This document shows, piece after piece, positions 26,006 through 35,398 of a stretch of 64,000 nt of DNA. The stretch is taken from assembly GCA_964633995.1 (NCBI GenBank), contig CAZWKN010000001.1, positions 56,218-120,217 of the forward strand, written 5' to 3'. This DNA comes from an uncultured Gammaproteobacteria bacterium. Lineage in GTDB: Bacteria > Patescibacteriota > Microgenomatia > CAZETR01 > Amesbacteraceae. Position 1 is the stretch's first letter, and the number at the start of each line of letters is the position of its first letter. The position numbers were made by a program, and so were the translations under genes. The notes beneath the pieces are model-generated. The model searched no databases and was not told where the DNA came from. It saw only the letters and a list, made by a program, of their open reading frames with translations.

Positions 26006-27970
26006 CTATTTTAACTGAAGATTTAAAAATTCGGCAGATTCGGATGCATTTGCTGCTTTGAGAGTTAGGTAGTCTTGAAAATATTTTTTGGCTAACACTT
26101 TATCACCAGCGTATTTGGCGATTATTCCCCGGTTGTAAGGAATTTTGGGATCTGTGGGTGAAATTTTGGTTGCACCTACCAATGCTTCGTCTGCTTTGGC
26201 AAAATAGCCTTGGAAATAAGTGGCAAGAACAAGCATGGCCCGGGATTTTGTCTTGTAATAATTAGGATGGTATGGACTTATGCTTATAGCTTTGTTGGCT
26301 GCGGCTTCGGCAATACTTACAAATTTGGCCGAGGTGGTGGCGTCAGTTTCGGCGGTTAGTAAGGCCATGTAAGCTGCTGGCACAGAAAGCTCGGAAATGA
26401 TGGCTGGTTCTTGGGGGTTTAAATTGTAGGCTTGGGAAAGGTGTTGATATGAGGATATGGCGTCTTTGGGGTCCTGGGTTTGGGAAAAGATGCGAAAGTC
26501 TCTTTGGCCTTTGGCAAAGCTGATGTCTGCAGACCAATAAGTAATTATTGCATATAACGTATAGCTTAGCGCAAATAATATTAAGGTGATGGAGAAAATT
26601 TGGGATTTCGATATTACAGATTGCGTATTGCGTATTGCGTATTGCGTATTTAGAGACATCGCAATTGCGGGGAGGAGGAAGAGGAGGATTTGAGTTATGA
26701 CAACCGAAAAACCCCAGAAATTCATGACAGAAATCGATGTCCAGCCGGCCGCTAGTCCGATTATCAAATATTTACAGTCTCGCATGCTCGAACTCCCCCG
26801 CACGGCGGGGTCTCGCTGCGCGTGCTCGCTTTGTAAATATTTGATAAATACAGTTGCCATGAACCCCAATAATAATAGGTATGCTGATAATCCAAACAGG
26901 CCGGTGTTGGCCAAATAATTTAAAAATTCATTGTGAGCTTTGTTGTAAAGAAGCTCCCATTCTGATGTGTAATTGTGTTCAATAGGGCGAAATTGATAGT
27001 AAGACTGCGCAAATGTTTCCGGGCCAGTTCCGAAGATAAAATTCTTGAGGGACGCTTGCCAAATACGTAAGGCGCCTGTCCAGACAATTTTTCTGATATT
27101 GCCGGACTCTGTCCCCCCGCCTTCCAGAACAGGGGTAGATGAAATACCAATTTCTAAATTCGAAGAACCAAATATTTTGTCGCGGATCGGGTTTTTGGTG
27201 ACCAACAGAAGGAGTATGAATATCGTGTTGAGGATCAGGAAGAGTCGGATTTTTTTTGTTTTGAACGTATAGAAGCCCCAAAAGAATACTGAGGAAGTTG
27301 CAAAAGCCAATAACCCTGAACGGGATTTGGTGAAAAGGAGGGTGAGAAAGAAAACAACGCTAATAGCATAGTGCATAATGCCTATAGATCTGTTTTTTGT
27401 TGAAGTAGCGAAAGATATGGGGATGAAGATGAGTGCTACTAGATAACTGGCTAGCCAATTGGGTTGGCCAAGAGTGGAGAAAACCCGGTTTTGGACGTCT
27501 TGAACCCAGGAGGCCGAGTCGATACCAAAGTGTTGCAGAATTCCATATACTGATACGAGTGCTGTAGTGCTAAGGGCTAAGGACAAAGTCCTAAGAGTTG
27601 ATCTCTGATCCATATAGGTGACATAGGCCCAGTAAAGAATGCTGTAGCAAATCAGAGAAAGCAGGCCGCCGTTGAATCTGCTGTAGTAGCCAAAAATGGA
27701 CATGTGGGGGTCGATGGAGAAGAAGAGACTAAGAGATTGAGTGATTAAGAAGATTAAGATGGCCAGATCCAAAATTGTGCGTTGAAAGACGAGTTTTTTT
27801 TGGATAACACTGTCAATGGCCCAGGAGCTGGTAATAATTGCCGTCAGAAAGTAGACGACGATCATTTTGTTGAATTCGAAAAGTTCGGAGGTAAAGGGGA
27901 GAAAGATAAGTGGAGTAATGATAAAAAGCAGATACATGCAGATGCGGATTGTTTTTTGAGGCCAGTGCAT
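26006..27970 (-). CDS. O-antigen ligase (Wzy_C)-like polytopic membrane protein with a C-terminal TPR domain
   Basis: ~10 TM helices, the AHNEFLNYLANTGLFG motif, C-terminal TPR-like repeats. Confidence 0.6.
   Translation of the reverse strand: MHWPQKTIRICMYLLFIITPLIFLPFTSELFEFNKMIVVYFLTAIITSSWAIDSVIQKKLVFQRTILDLAILIFLITQSLSLFFSIDPHMSIFGYYSRFNGGLLSLICYSILYWAYVTYMDQRSTLRTLSLALSTTALVSVYGILQHFGIDSASWVQDVQNRVFSTLGQPNWLASYLVALIFIPISFATSTKNRSIGIMHYAISVVFFLTLLFTKSRSGLLAFATSSVFFWGFYTFKTKKIRLFLILNTIFILLLLVTKNPIRDKIFGSSNLEIGISSTPVLEGGGTESGNIRKIVWTGALRIWQASLKNFIFGTGPETFAQSYYQFRPIEHNYTSEWELLYNKAHNEFLNYLANTGLFGLSAYLLLLGFMATVFIKYLQSEHAQRDPAVRGSSSMRDCKYLIIGLAAGWTSISVMNFWGFSVVITQILLFLLPAIAMSLNTQYAIRNTQSVISKSQIFSITLILFALSYTLYAIITYWSADISFAKGQRDFRIFSQTQDPKDAISSYQHLSQAYNLNPQEPAIISELSVPAAYMALLTAETDATTSAKFVSIAEAAANKAISISPYHPNYYKTKSRAMLVLATYFQGYFAKADEALVGATKISPTDPKIPYNRGIIAKYAGDKVLAKKYFQDYLTLKAANASESAEFLNLQLK
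26620..26654 (+). repeat. Tandem heptamer (ATTGCGT) x4 inside the O-antigen-ligase-like gene (encodes QYAIRNTQ)
   Basis: Read directly from the sequence; a different unit with the same 7-nt period. Confidence 0.8.
27558..27600 (+). repeat. Heptamer array: AGTGCTG tAGTGCTA AGGGCTA AGGACAA AGTCCTA AGAGTTG (inside the ligase-like gene)
   Basis: Read directly from the sequence. Confidence 0.7.
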
Positions 27971-27988
27971 GGTAGTAATTAGTTTAGC

Positions 27989-28237
27989 ATGGTGTGTGAT
28001 AGAATTTCGGATATGGCCAGGAGGGTTGTGGCGAAAATAAGAGATAATGACGGAGTTTGTAGGGGTCGTGGAAAAGCAAAGAGATCGGGTGAGGCACAGG
28101 TGCGGGCTGCTTGGGCTTATGTGTCTTGGTTGAGGGAATTTAACGAATTGTGTTTGGAATGGGTCGAGTCTATGGAGGCAAGGAGGGAAACAAGAAGAAG
28201 AATAAACAGGGCGATGAGGGAAGCACTGGATAAGTAG
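27989..28237 (+). CDS. Hypothetical small basic protein
   Basis: 82-aa ORF. Confidence 0.25.
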   Translation: MVCDRISDMARRVVAKIRDNDGVCRGRGKAKRSGEAQVRAAWAYVSWLREFNELCLEWVESMEARRETRRRINRAMREALDK

Positions 28238-29142
28238 TGTATGATTTGTTTATGCGGAAGAGGGTGACGAAGGCGGTAATACCGGCGGCAGGGTTTGGAA
28301 CTAGGTTTTTGCCGCAGACGAAGGCAATGCCAAAGGAAATGTTACCGATTGTGGATAGGCCAGTGATCCAGTATGTGGTAGACGAGCTAGTAGAAGCTGG
28401 TATTTCAGATATATTTATTGTTACCGGGTATCATAAGAGGAGTATAGAGGATCATTTCGATGCTCCGTCTTCAGAATTGGAAGACATATTGAGGGCCGGA
28501 GGGGCAAAGAAGGCGGGATTGTTGGCGGAAGTAGAAAGAATCGGGAATATGGCAAATTTTGTGTATGTAAGACAAAAGGGGCCGTATGGAAACGGGACGC
28601 CGTTACTTAATGTACGACACCTACTCTCTGATGAAGCCTTTTTATATATATGGGGAGACGACTTTATTAAAGCGACACCTTCCCGAGTTAGGCAATTATT
28701 AGATGTATATGAAAAATATGGCACTTCGGTTTTGTCCGCGTTAAGAGCAAAATCTGATGAGGACTATGACAGGTATGGCGTTAGTGCCGGTGAATTTATA
28801 GAAGAAGGGATCATGGATATTAAGACTATTGTCGAAAAGCCAGGAAAAGAAAATGCACCTTCGGATATGCTGAATGTGTGTGCCGGACTTTTTACGCCGG
28901 ACATCTTTGAATTTTTGGATGCGGCTTCTGAAAAGAGGAAACCAGAGGATGAGTTGTATTACAACGACGCACTAAAATTGATGCTCTTGGCGGGTAAGAG
29001 AATTTTGGCTAAAGAAATAGTAGGTGGAAAATATTATGATACGGGTAATAAATTGGAGTATTTAAAAACGGTAGTTGAATTTGGTCTGGAACACCCTGAG
29101 ATTGGTGAAGAATTTAGGGAGTACTTGAATAAAAGGGTTTGA
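28237..29142 (+). CDS. galU: UTP--glucose-1-phosphate uridylyltransferase
   Basis: N-terminal KAVIPAAGFGTRFLP nucleotidyltransferase motif. Confidence 0.8.
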   Translation: MYDLFMRKRVTKAVIPAAGFGTRFLPQTKAMPKEMLPIVDRPVIQYVVDELVEAGISDIFIVTGYHKRSIEDHFDAPSSELEDILRAGGAKKAGLLAEVERIGNMANFVYVRQKGPYGNGTPLLNVRHLLSDEAFLYIWGDDFIKATPSRVRQLLDVYEKYGTSVLSALRAKSDEDYDRYGVSAGEFIEEGIMDIKTIVEKPGKENAPSDMLNVCAGLFTPDIFEFLDAASEKRKPEDELYYNDALKLMLLAGKRILAKEIVGGKYYDTGNKLEYLKTVVEFGLEHPEIGEEFREYLNKRV

Positions 29143-29165
29143 CCCCGTATATTGCGGTTTAGGCT

Positions 29166-30245
29166 ATGTTTGATTATTTTTTCGGATTACTGTCCTATGA
29201 TATTGGAATAGATTTGGGTACTGCCAATACGTTGGTTCATGTAAAGGGCAAGGGCATTGTAATTAGGGAGCCTTCGGTGGTGGCTCGGCATAAAAAAACA
29301 AAACAGGTGTTGGCAATAGGCGAAGAAGCTAAAAAGATGTTAGGTCGGACACCGGCAACAATAGAAGCGATAAGACCATTAAAGGATGGCGTGATTGCGG
29401 ATTTTGATGCGACAGAGGTGATGCTAAAACATTATATTTTACGGGTACACGAGTCGGGGAAACTTATTCCCAGAGTACCCAAGCCGCGGGTAGTGGTAGG
29501 GATTCCGTCGGGTGTTACTGAAGTAGAACGGCGGGCGGTTCAGGAGGCTGCTTTGTCTGCCGGAGCTAGACAATGTTGGTTAATTGAGGAGCCAATGGCG
29601 GCAGCGATTGGGGCCAACTTGCCTATTTCTGATGCAGGTGGGGTAATGGTGGTAGATATTGGGGGCGGTACTTCCGAAATTGCGGTGATTTCATTGGGTG
29701 GGATAGTCCTTAATAAGTCGATAAGGACTGCGGGGGATGAGATGGATGAGGCGATCATTCATTTTATGCGGCTAAAATACAATGTATTGTTGGGTGAACG
29801 GACCGCGGAAGAGGTCAAGATTAATTTGGGTAATGCTCACCCGATGGCGTTTTTGGGCGAGGGGGAAGATAGCAAAAAACCTAAGGTCAAGTACATGGTG
29901 GTTAGAGGTAGGGATTTGGAATCGGGGTTGCCTAGAAGTTTAAAGATTTCATCTGATGAGGTAAGGGAGGCATTGCTACCGGTGCTAAGGGAAATTACTT
30001 CGGCTACAGCTGATTTGATAGAAGAGACACCGCCAGAATTGGTGTCTGATATTTTGGAACGGGGAATTGTGATGGCCGGAGGTGGAAGCATGATTGCAGG
30101 GATTGATAGATTTATGTCTGAAGAAACACGGATGCCGGTCTATATTACCGATGACCCCATGACGGCAGTGGTACGAGGATGTGGGAAAGTGTTGGACGAT
30201 ATGCGACTTTTGGCGAGAGTGAAAGTGGTGGGGGGATTGAGGTAG
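29166..30245 (+). CDS. mreB: Rod-shape-determining protein MreB
   Basis: IGIDLGTANTLV phosphate-1 motif, actin fold, 359 aa. Confidence 0.9.
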   Translation: MFDYFFGLLSYDIGIDLGTANTLVHVKGKGIVIREPSVVARHKKTKQVLAIGEEAKKMLGRTPATIEAIRPLKDGVIADFDATEVMLKHYILRVHESGKLIPRVPKPRVVVGIPSGVTEVERRAVQEAALSAGARQCWLIEEPMAAAIGANLPISDAGGVMVVDIGGGTSEIAVISLGGIVLNKSIRTAGDEMDEAIIHFMRLKYNVLLGERTAEEVKINLGNAHPMAFLGEGEDSKKPKVKYMVVRGRDLESGLPRSLKISSDEVREALLPVLREITSATADLIEETPPELVSDILERGIVMAGGGSMIAGIDRFMSEETRMPVYITDDPMTAVVRGCGKVLDDMRLLARVKVVGGLR

Positions 30246-30248
30246 AAT

Positions 30249-31886
30249 TTGGGAATGAGGAAGTTTAGGCCGGGGGTGAGTTTTTCTGATTTTGTAGTTT
30301 CGGATATGCGAGCTACAAAATCGAAAATAGAAGATGACACTCCTAGGGATTATCGAAGAGGGTGGTTGATTTGGGTGGGGGTGGTTGTTTTGATGGCAGT
30401 TTTGCTTGTGAGACTTTTGACCATTCAGGTTTTCTATGCAGCGAGATATAAAGTATTGGCGGACCAAAACCGGATTAAAAAAATTAAACTTACGGCCCCC
30501 AGGGGCATAATTACTGATAGGAATGGAGTTGAGTTGGCCAGAAATGTGCTTCAGGGCGATAGTTATGTGCGGGAGTACCCCTTGGGGGAAGCGGGTGTTC
30601 ATGCGGTAGGTTATGTGGGACAAGTTAAAGAGGACGAAGTGGGGATATTAAAAGAGGCGGGTGGAAAATATGATCCCGGCGACATGATAGGCCGGAGTGG
30701 AATTGAGGCGGTGTATGAAAAAAGATTAAGAGGGCTTGATGGGGGAAGGCTGGTCGAAGTGGATAATGGGTTGAACGAAGTTCGGCAATTGGGTAAGAAG
30801 TTGCCAATTGCTGGCGAAAAATTGCAATTAACCTTAGATGCAGCTCTCCAGAGGGTAGCCTATGAGGCTATGGTGGGAAAGAAGGGGGCCGTCGTGGCTT
30901 CGGATCCGAGAACTGGGGAAATATTGGCATTGGTTAGCTCGCCAGGATTTGATCCAAATACAATCAGTGCACAGTACGCAAGGCTCAGTGCTCAGAATGA
31001 TTTGCCGTTTTTTAATAGGGCGATTGGTGGAGTGTATGCTCCGGGGTCGACTTTTAAAATGACGACCACAATAGCGGCGTTGAGTTCTGGAAAAGTGCCC
31101 TTTGGTTTTACTTGGGATGACCAGGGGATTATTAGGGTCGGAAGTTATAAGTATACAAACTGGTTATTTACGTCTAGTGGAAAAGTGGAAGGAGTGATTG
31201 GTTTTTCCAGAGCCATTGCTCGGTCGACAGACACTTTCTTTTATAAGGTGGGTGAGGCGGTTGGACCTGATGAAATTGCAGATTGGGCAAGACGGATGGG
31301 ATTTTCAAATAAAACGGGAGTTGATTTGCCGGGTGAGGTTGGGGGATTGGTAGTAGACCCAGAGTGGAAACAAAAACATAAGAATGAATCTTGGTTTTTG
31401 GGAAATACGTACCAAATGGCAATAGGCCAGGGAGATACTCTGGTTACACCTATTCAGGTCAATTTGATGACAAATATTATCGCTAGTGGTGGCAGAAAGT
31501 GTGGACTGCATTTAAACTCAATGCTCAGTGCTCAATGCTCAATGCTCAATATTTCACCTGAAATTTTGAAAGTTGTGAGGGCAGGGATGGTGGGGGCTTG
31601 TAGTGCTGGGGGAACAGCGTTTCCTTTGTTTGGATTTGTACCCCAAGTGGCGTGCAAAACGGGTACTGCAGAATATATGGCTGATTCAGGAAAGATTCGG
31701 ACACATGGTTGGTTAACGGCTATGGCTCCCGCTGATAATCCAACGATTTCAATTTCCGTATTAGTCGAAGCCGGTGGGGAAGGATCAAACTCCGCTGCTC
31801 CTGTTGTCAGAAAAATGTTGGCCTGGTACTTTGGAGTGGAGGACAATTACAATTATGCAGCAATCCCAAAGGGTGAGGGGGAATAG
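30249..31886 (+). CDS. mrdA: Penicillin-binding protein 2 (transpeptidase)
   Basis: N-terminal TM, PBP dimerisation domain, GSTFK (SxxK) and KTG motifs; follows mreB. Confidence 0.85.
   Translation: MGMRKFRPGVSFSDFVVSDMRATKSKIEDDTPRDYRRGWLIWVGVVVLMAVLLVRLLTIQVFYAARYKVLADQNRIKKIKLTAPRGIITDRNGVELARNVLQGDSYVREYPLGEAGVHAVGYVGQVKEDEVGILKEAGGKYDPGDMIGRSGIEAVYEKRLRGLDGGRLVEVDNGLNEVRQLGKKLPIAGEKLQLTLDAALQRVAYEAMVGKKGAVVASDPRTGEILALVSSPGFDPNTISAQYARLSAQNDLPFFNRAIGGVYAPGSTFKMTTTIAALSSGKVPFGFTWDDQGIIRVGSYKYTNWLFTSSGKVEGVIGFSRAIARSTDTFFYKVGEAVGPDEIADWARRMGFSNKTGVDLPGEVGGLVVDPEWKQKHKNESWFLGNTYQMAIGQGDTLVTPIQVNLMTNIIASGGRKCGLHLNSMLSAQCSMLNISPEILKVVRAGMVGACSAGGTAFPLFGFVPQVACKTGTAEYMADSGKIRTHGWLTAMAPADNPTISISVLVEAGGEGSNSAAPVVRKMLAWYFGVEDNYNYAAIPKGEGE
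30965..30999 (+). repeat. Heptamer array: CAGTGCA CAGTACG CAAGGCT CAGTGCT CAGAATG (inside mrdA)
   Basis: Read directly from the sequence. Confidence 0.6.
31517..31551 (+). repeat. Heptamer array: CTCAATG CTCAGTG CTCAATG CTCAATG CTCAATA (inside mrdA)
   Basis: Read directly from the sequence. Confidence 0.75.
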
Positions 31887-31900
31887 TTTGCAATGGGGGT

Positions 31901-32188
31901 TTGAAAAAGAGTAGTATAAGATTAATGGCCGGAGGATTTAGTGTAGAGGAAATTCGAGATGCAATGCAGCAGTTGAGGGATGTGGTGCGGACAAAGAGAG
32001 AAAAGGTGGTTAATATGTGGCAAGATCCGCCACCGCCGGTTATGTTGGCTTATGGGGCTACGGTGCTGGTGTCGGGGGTGTTGATGGCATCAATGGGGAA
32101 TTGGTCAAATTTAAAAATGCCAAGGGGTGGGGGTGGGTTGGAGATTTTAATGGAACTAATGGTTAATTCTGATGGACTAAGTGGATAA
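31901..32188 (+). CDS. Hypothetical protein
   Basis: 95-aa ORF. Confidence 0.3.
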   Translation: MKKSSIRLMAGGFSVEEIRDAMQQLRDVVRTKREKVVNMWQDPPPPVMLAYGATVLVSGVLMASMGNWSNLKMPRGGGGLEILMELMVNSDGLSG

Positions 32189-32546
32189 AGCTATGAAATT
32201 AAAAGAAATAATAGAAATTTTTGTTTTGGGGATGGGTGTAACCGAGGCGTTGGAAGTTAAGGAACTGTTTTTGGAATTGGTTCAATGGAATTTGATTGAG
32301 GCTGTAAATCAAGATTTGACTAGTGAGGATAGGCAGGCGCTGGCTGATATTTTAAAAGGAGGAGAAGCTGGTGGAAGAACATCTCAGGTCACTTCAGTTT
32401 TTTTGCGAGATAAGGGAGTGGATGTATTTAAGGCTAAGAAATATTTAGATTTTGCGGTGAGAGTGGCACTTAGAAAACTACTGGAGATTTTGGGGGGTGG
32501 GTTGGATGTCGAAAACAGGGGTAAAATTGAAGCCGTTTTGGGTTAG
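32181..32546 (+). CDS. Hypothetical protein
   Basis: 121-aa ORF. Confidence 0.35.
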   Translation: MDKAMKLKEIIEIFVLGMGVTEALEVKELFLELVQWNLIEAVNQDLTSEDRQALADILKGGEAGGRTSQVTSVFLRDKGVDVFKAKKYLDFAVRVALRKLLEILGGGLDVENRGKIEAVLG

Positions 32547-32575
32547 TACATCGGGTAAATGATACAATTGCGGAT

Positions 32576-34546
32576 ATGGATTTGATAATTGTAGAGTCGC
32601 CAACCAAGGCCAAAACCCTGTCCAGGTTTTTGGGTAAGGGTTATGAAATTGAAGCTTCTTATGGTCATATAAGAGATCTGCCGCAAAAGAAATTAGGTAT
32701 AGATATGAAATCTAATTTCTTGCCAGAATATGTGCAAACGGATAAGCAGATTAAGAGGACTGAGGAGATTAAGAGATTAAGCAGCAAGGCTAAAACGATA
32801 TATCTGGCAACTGATCCTGACCGGGAGGGTGAGGCAATTGCTTGGCATGTGGGGGAAGTGCTAGGTACTAAGGGCAAAGTACTAAGACGGGTTACGTTTC
32901 ATGAAATTACCAAGAAGGCGATAGAAGAGGCGTTGAAACATCCCGGAGATGTAGACATGAAACTTGTGAATGCGCAGCAGGCAAGGAGAGTGTTGGACAG
33001 ATTGGTTGGATACAAATTGTCTCCATTACTGTGGAGAAAGATTAGAAAGGGATTATCTGCCGGTAGAGTGCAAAGTGTGGCGGTAAGGCTCATTGTAGAT
33101 AAGGAAAGAGAAATTGAAGCCTTTGTTCCCGAAGAGTATTGGGATATAAAAGTAGAGTTGCAAAAGTTGCACAGTTTACCAGTAGAACAGTTAACAGTTA
33201 AGTTGGTAAGTGAAGAAGTTAAGAACGGAGAAGATGCGAGTAGGGTCGAAAACGATCTTAGGGTGGCGGAGTTTGTGGTGGTGGGGGTGGATAAAAAGAA
33301 AGTAACTAGACTGCCGTTGCCGCCGTTTACAACTTCTACCTTGCAGCAGACTGCGGCCAATAAATTGGGTTGGAGTGCGAAAAAGACGATGCAAGTGGCG
33401 CAGAATTTATACGAAGAAGGATTAATAACCTATCACAGGACTGACTCAGTGAATATAGCATCTGAGGCAAGTGCTCAGTGCTCAGCCCTCATAGTTTCCC
33501 AATTTGGAAAAGAGTTTGCGTTGAATACGCCGAGACTATTTAAAACCAAATCTAAGTCGGCTCAGGAGGCGCACGAAGCAATAAGACCGACGGACGTCGG
33601 GCAAATTGCAGATCGCTTATCGCTAATTGCAAATAAGGACCAGGGGCGATTGTATGAACTGATTTGGAAAAGGTTTGTGGCTTGTCAGATGGCAGAGTCC
33701 ATAGGGGAGAGTGTAAAAGTAAAAATTCAAGCAGGAAGATATGGATTGGAGGCCAGAGGATTAACTATTAAGTTTGAAGGATGGCAAAAGGTGTACGGTG
33801 TCGATAAAGAAGAAGATGAGGGGGTGAAGTTGCCGGAGCTAGAATTGCAAGAGAAGTTGGATTGTGTGGATGTTTTGAAAACTCAGAAATTTACCCAACC
33901 GCCAAGTAGATATAATGACGCCAGTCTAATAAAAGCCTTGGAAGAGATGGGTATAGGTCGGCCTAGTACCTATGCGCCGACGTTGTCGACAATTGCTGAA
34001 CGTCAGTATGTAGAAAAAGTGGAGAAAAGGTTTAAACCAACGGCGTTAGGGATTGCGGTGAATGATTTTTTGGTAACTAATTTCGAGAAAATCGTGGATT
34101 ATCAGTTTACTGCCAAAATGGAAGAAGAGTTGGACGAGATAGCTGGTGGTGAAATGGAATGGCAGCCGGTTATCGCCCAGTTTTACGAACCGTTTGAAAA
34201 AGAATTAGACCGGGTACAGGAAGTTTCGGTGAGAGTGAAGGTGGAGGCCGAGTTGACTGGAGATAAGTGCCCTGATTGTACTTCGACGGGCTCAGTACAA
34301 GTTGGTGACGTGGTGGTCAGGATCGGAAAGTTTGGAAGATTTTTGGCATGTAGCCGGTATCCGGAGTGTAAATATAAAGCTAATTACCAACACAAGGTGG
34401 GTGTAAAGTGTCCGAAATGTGGGACAGGTGAAGTGATCATGAAAAAGACCCGTAATATGAAGACGTTTTTTGGTTGTAGCAATTATCCACAATGTGAATA
34501 CGCGAGTTGGAATAAGCCTGTTGTTTCAGCGACGGTAAGTGTGTGA
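32576..34546 (+). CDS. topA: DNA topoisomerase I with C-terminal zinc ribbons
   Basis: Toprim IVESPTKAKT, the active-site Tyr region GLITYHRTDS, and multiple C4 zinc ribbons. Confidence 0.9.
   Translation: MDLIIVESPTKAKTLSRFLGKGYEIEASYGHIRDLPQKKLGIDMKSNFLPEYVQTDKQIKRTEEIKRLSSKAKTIYLATDPDREGEAIAWHVGEVLGTKGKVLRRVTFHEITKKAIEEALKHPGDVDMKLVNAQQARRVLDRLVGYKLSPLLWRKIRKGLSAGRVQSVAVRLIVDKEREIEAFVPEEYWDIKVELQKLHSLPVEQLTVKLVSEEVKNGEDASRVENDLRVAEFVVVGVDKKKVTRLPLPPFTTSTLQQTAANKLGWSAKKTMQVAQNLYEEGLITYHRTDSVNIASEASAQCSALIVSQFGKEFALNTPRLFKTKSKSAQEAHEAIRPTDVGQIADRLSLIANKDQGRLYELIWKRFVACQMAESIGESVKVKIQAGRYGLEARGLTIKFEGWQKVYGVDKEEDEGVKLPELELQEKLDCVDVLKTQKFTQPPSRYNDASLIKALEEMGIGRPSTYAPTLSTIAERQYVEKVEKRFKPTALGIAVNDFLVTNFEKIVDYQFTAKMEEELDEIAGGEMEWQPVIAQFYEPFEKELDRVQEVSVRVKVEAELTGDKCPDCTSTGSVQVGDVVVRIGKFGRFLACSRYPECKYKANYQHKVGVKCPKCGTGEVIMKKTRNMKTFFGCSNYPQCEYASWNKPVVSATVSV
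32857..32891 (+). repeat. Heptamer array: AGTGCTA GGTACTA AGGGCAA AGTACTA AGACGGG. It lies inside topA and encodes EVLGTKGKVLRRV.
   Basis: Read directly from the sequence. Confidence 0.7.
33466..33491 (+). repeat. Heptamer array: AGGCAAG TGCTCAG TGCTCAG CCCTCAT (inside topA)
   Basis: Read directly from the sequence. Confidence 0.6.
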
Positions 34547-34558
34547 TATATTTGAAGC

Positions 34559-35152
34559 ATGAGAGCTAGGGGTTTGTTTGTAGTGTTGTATGGTCCTGAG
34601 GGAGTGGGTAAAAGCAGACAGGCGGGACTTTTGGAAGAGCGATTAAGAGACGAAGGGGTGTTGGTTAGAAGAGTCAGATATCCCGTATATGAAGCCGGAA
34701 AAACGGGAGCGCAATTGGATGAGATGTTGCATAGAAAAAAGATTTCTTTGGATGAAAAGGATATGCAGAAGTTGTTTGCGAAAAACAGGAAAGAATTTGA
34801 ACCTACCTTGAAGGCCTGGCTTAACTCAGGGATGACAGTGATTGCCGAAGGTTACAAGGGGACCGGGATTGTGTGGGGGGTGACCAGAGGGCTAACTGTC
34901 GAGCAGATGGATGAGATAAACGAGGATACTTTGGATCCTGATTTGTCTATATATATTGATGGACCAATGAGAACAGAAATGGCCGATCCGGCCCATCCGT
35001 ATGGGGATGAAGAAGAATGGTACCAGCTGAGAAAGACATATTTTCAAATGGCAGATAGGTATGGATGGATTAGGGTGGGTGGAGATGCGCCGATACTAAC
35101 GGTGGCTTCCAGGATTTGGGCTGTGGTTAAACCAGTTGTGGGATCGAGGTGA
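34559..35152 (+). CDS. Thymidylate-kinase-like P-loop kinase
   Basis: VVLYGPEGVGKSRQ Walker A and small-kinase size. Confidence 0.5.
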   Translation: MRARGLFVVLYGPEGVGKSRQAGLLEERLRDEGVLVRRVRYPVYEAGKTGAQLDEMLHRKKISLDEKDMQKLFAKNRKEFEPTLKAWLNSGMTVIAEGYKGTGIVWGVTRGLTVEQMDEINEDTLDPDLSIYIDGPMRTEMADPAHPYGDEEEWYQLRKTYFQMADRYGWIRVGGDAPILTVASRIWAVVKPVVGSR

Positions 35153-35370
35153 CTGAGTGCGAAAAATCTAGGTTTGTTTGTTGGCTTGATAAGCCGGATG
35201 GGGATTACGAATCGGCTGTGTGTTTGGTGTGTCAGGCGGCTGTGAGGATAGCTATGCAGGGAGGCCGTGCCGTTATGACAAATGAAATGTGTGTGGGGCA
35301 TAGAAAAAAGTGTATGCAAGTGTGGCTTCTGACCGTAAAATCCGCCCTCGAACGGGAAGGAAGAGTGTAA
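35149..35370 (+). CDS. Hypothetical small Cys-containing protein
   Basis: 73-aa ORF. Confidence 0.25.
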   Translation: MTECEKSRFVCWLDKPDGDYESAVCLVCQAAVRIAMQGGRAVMTNEMCVGHRKKCMQVWLLTVKSALEREGRV

Positions 35371-35398
35371 AAGGCTTGGGTGTGGTATATTTGGCGGG

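Noticed and set aside
29230-29260. AAGGGCA AGGGCAT heptamer-like periodicity in mreB
   Set aside because: It encodes the native conserved MreB sequence VHVKGKGIV with only two weak units. It was not counted as a member of the array family.
29985-30623. 212-aa minus-strand ORF
   Set aside because: Antisense to the mreB/mrdA junction. His/Pro/Asn-rich low-complexity translation.
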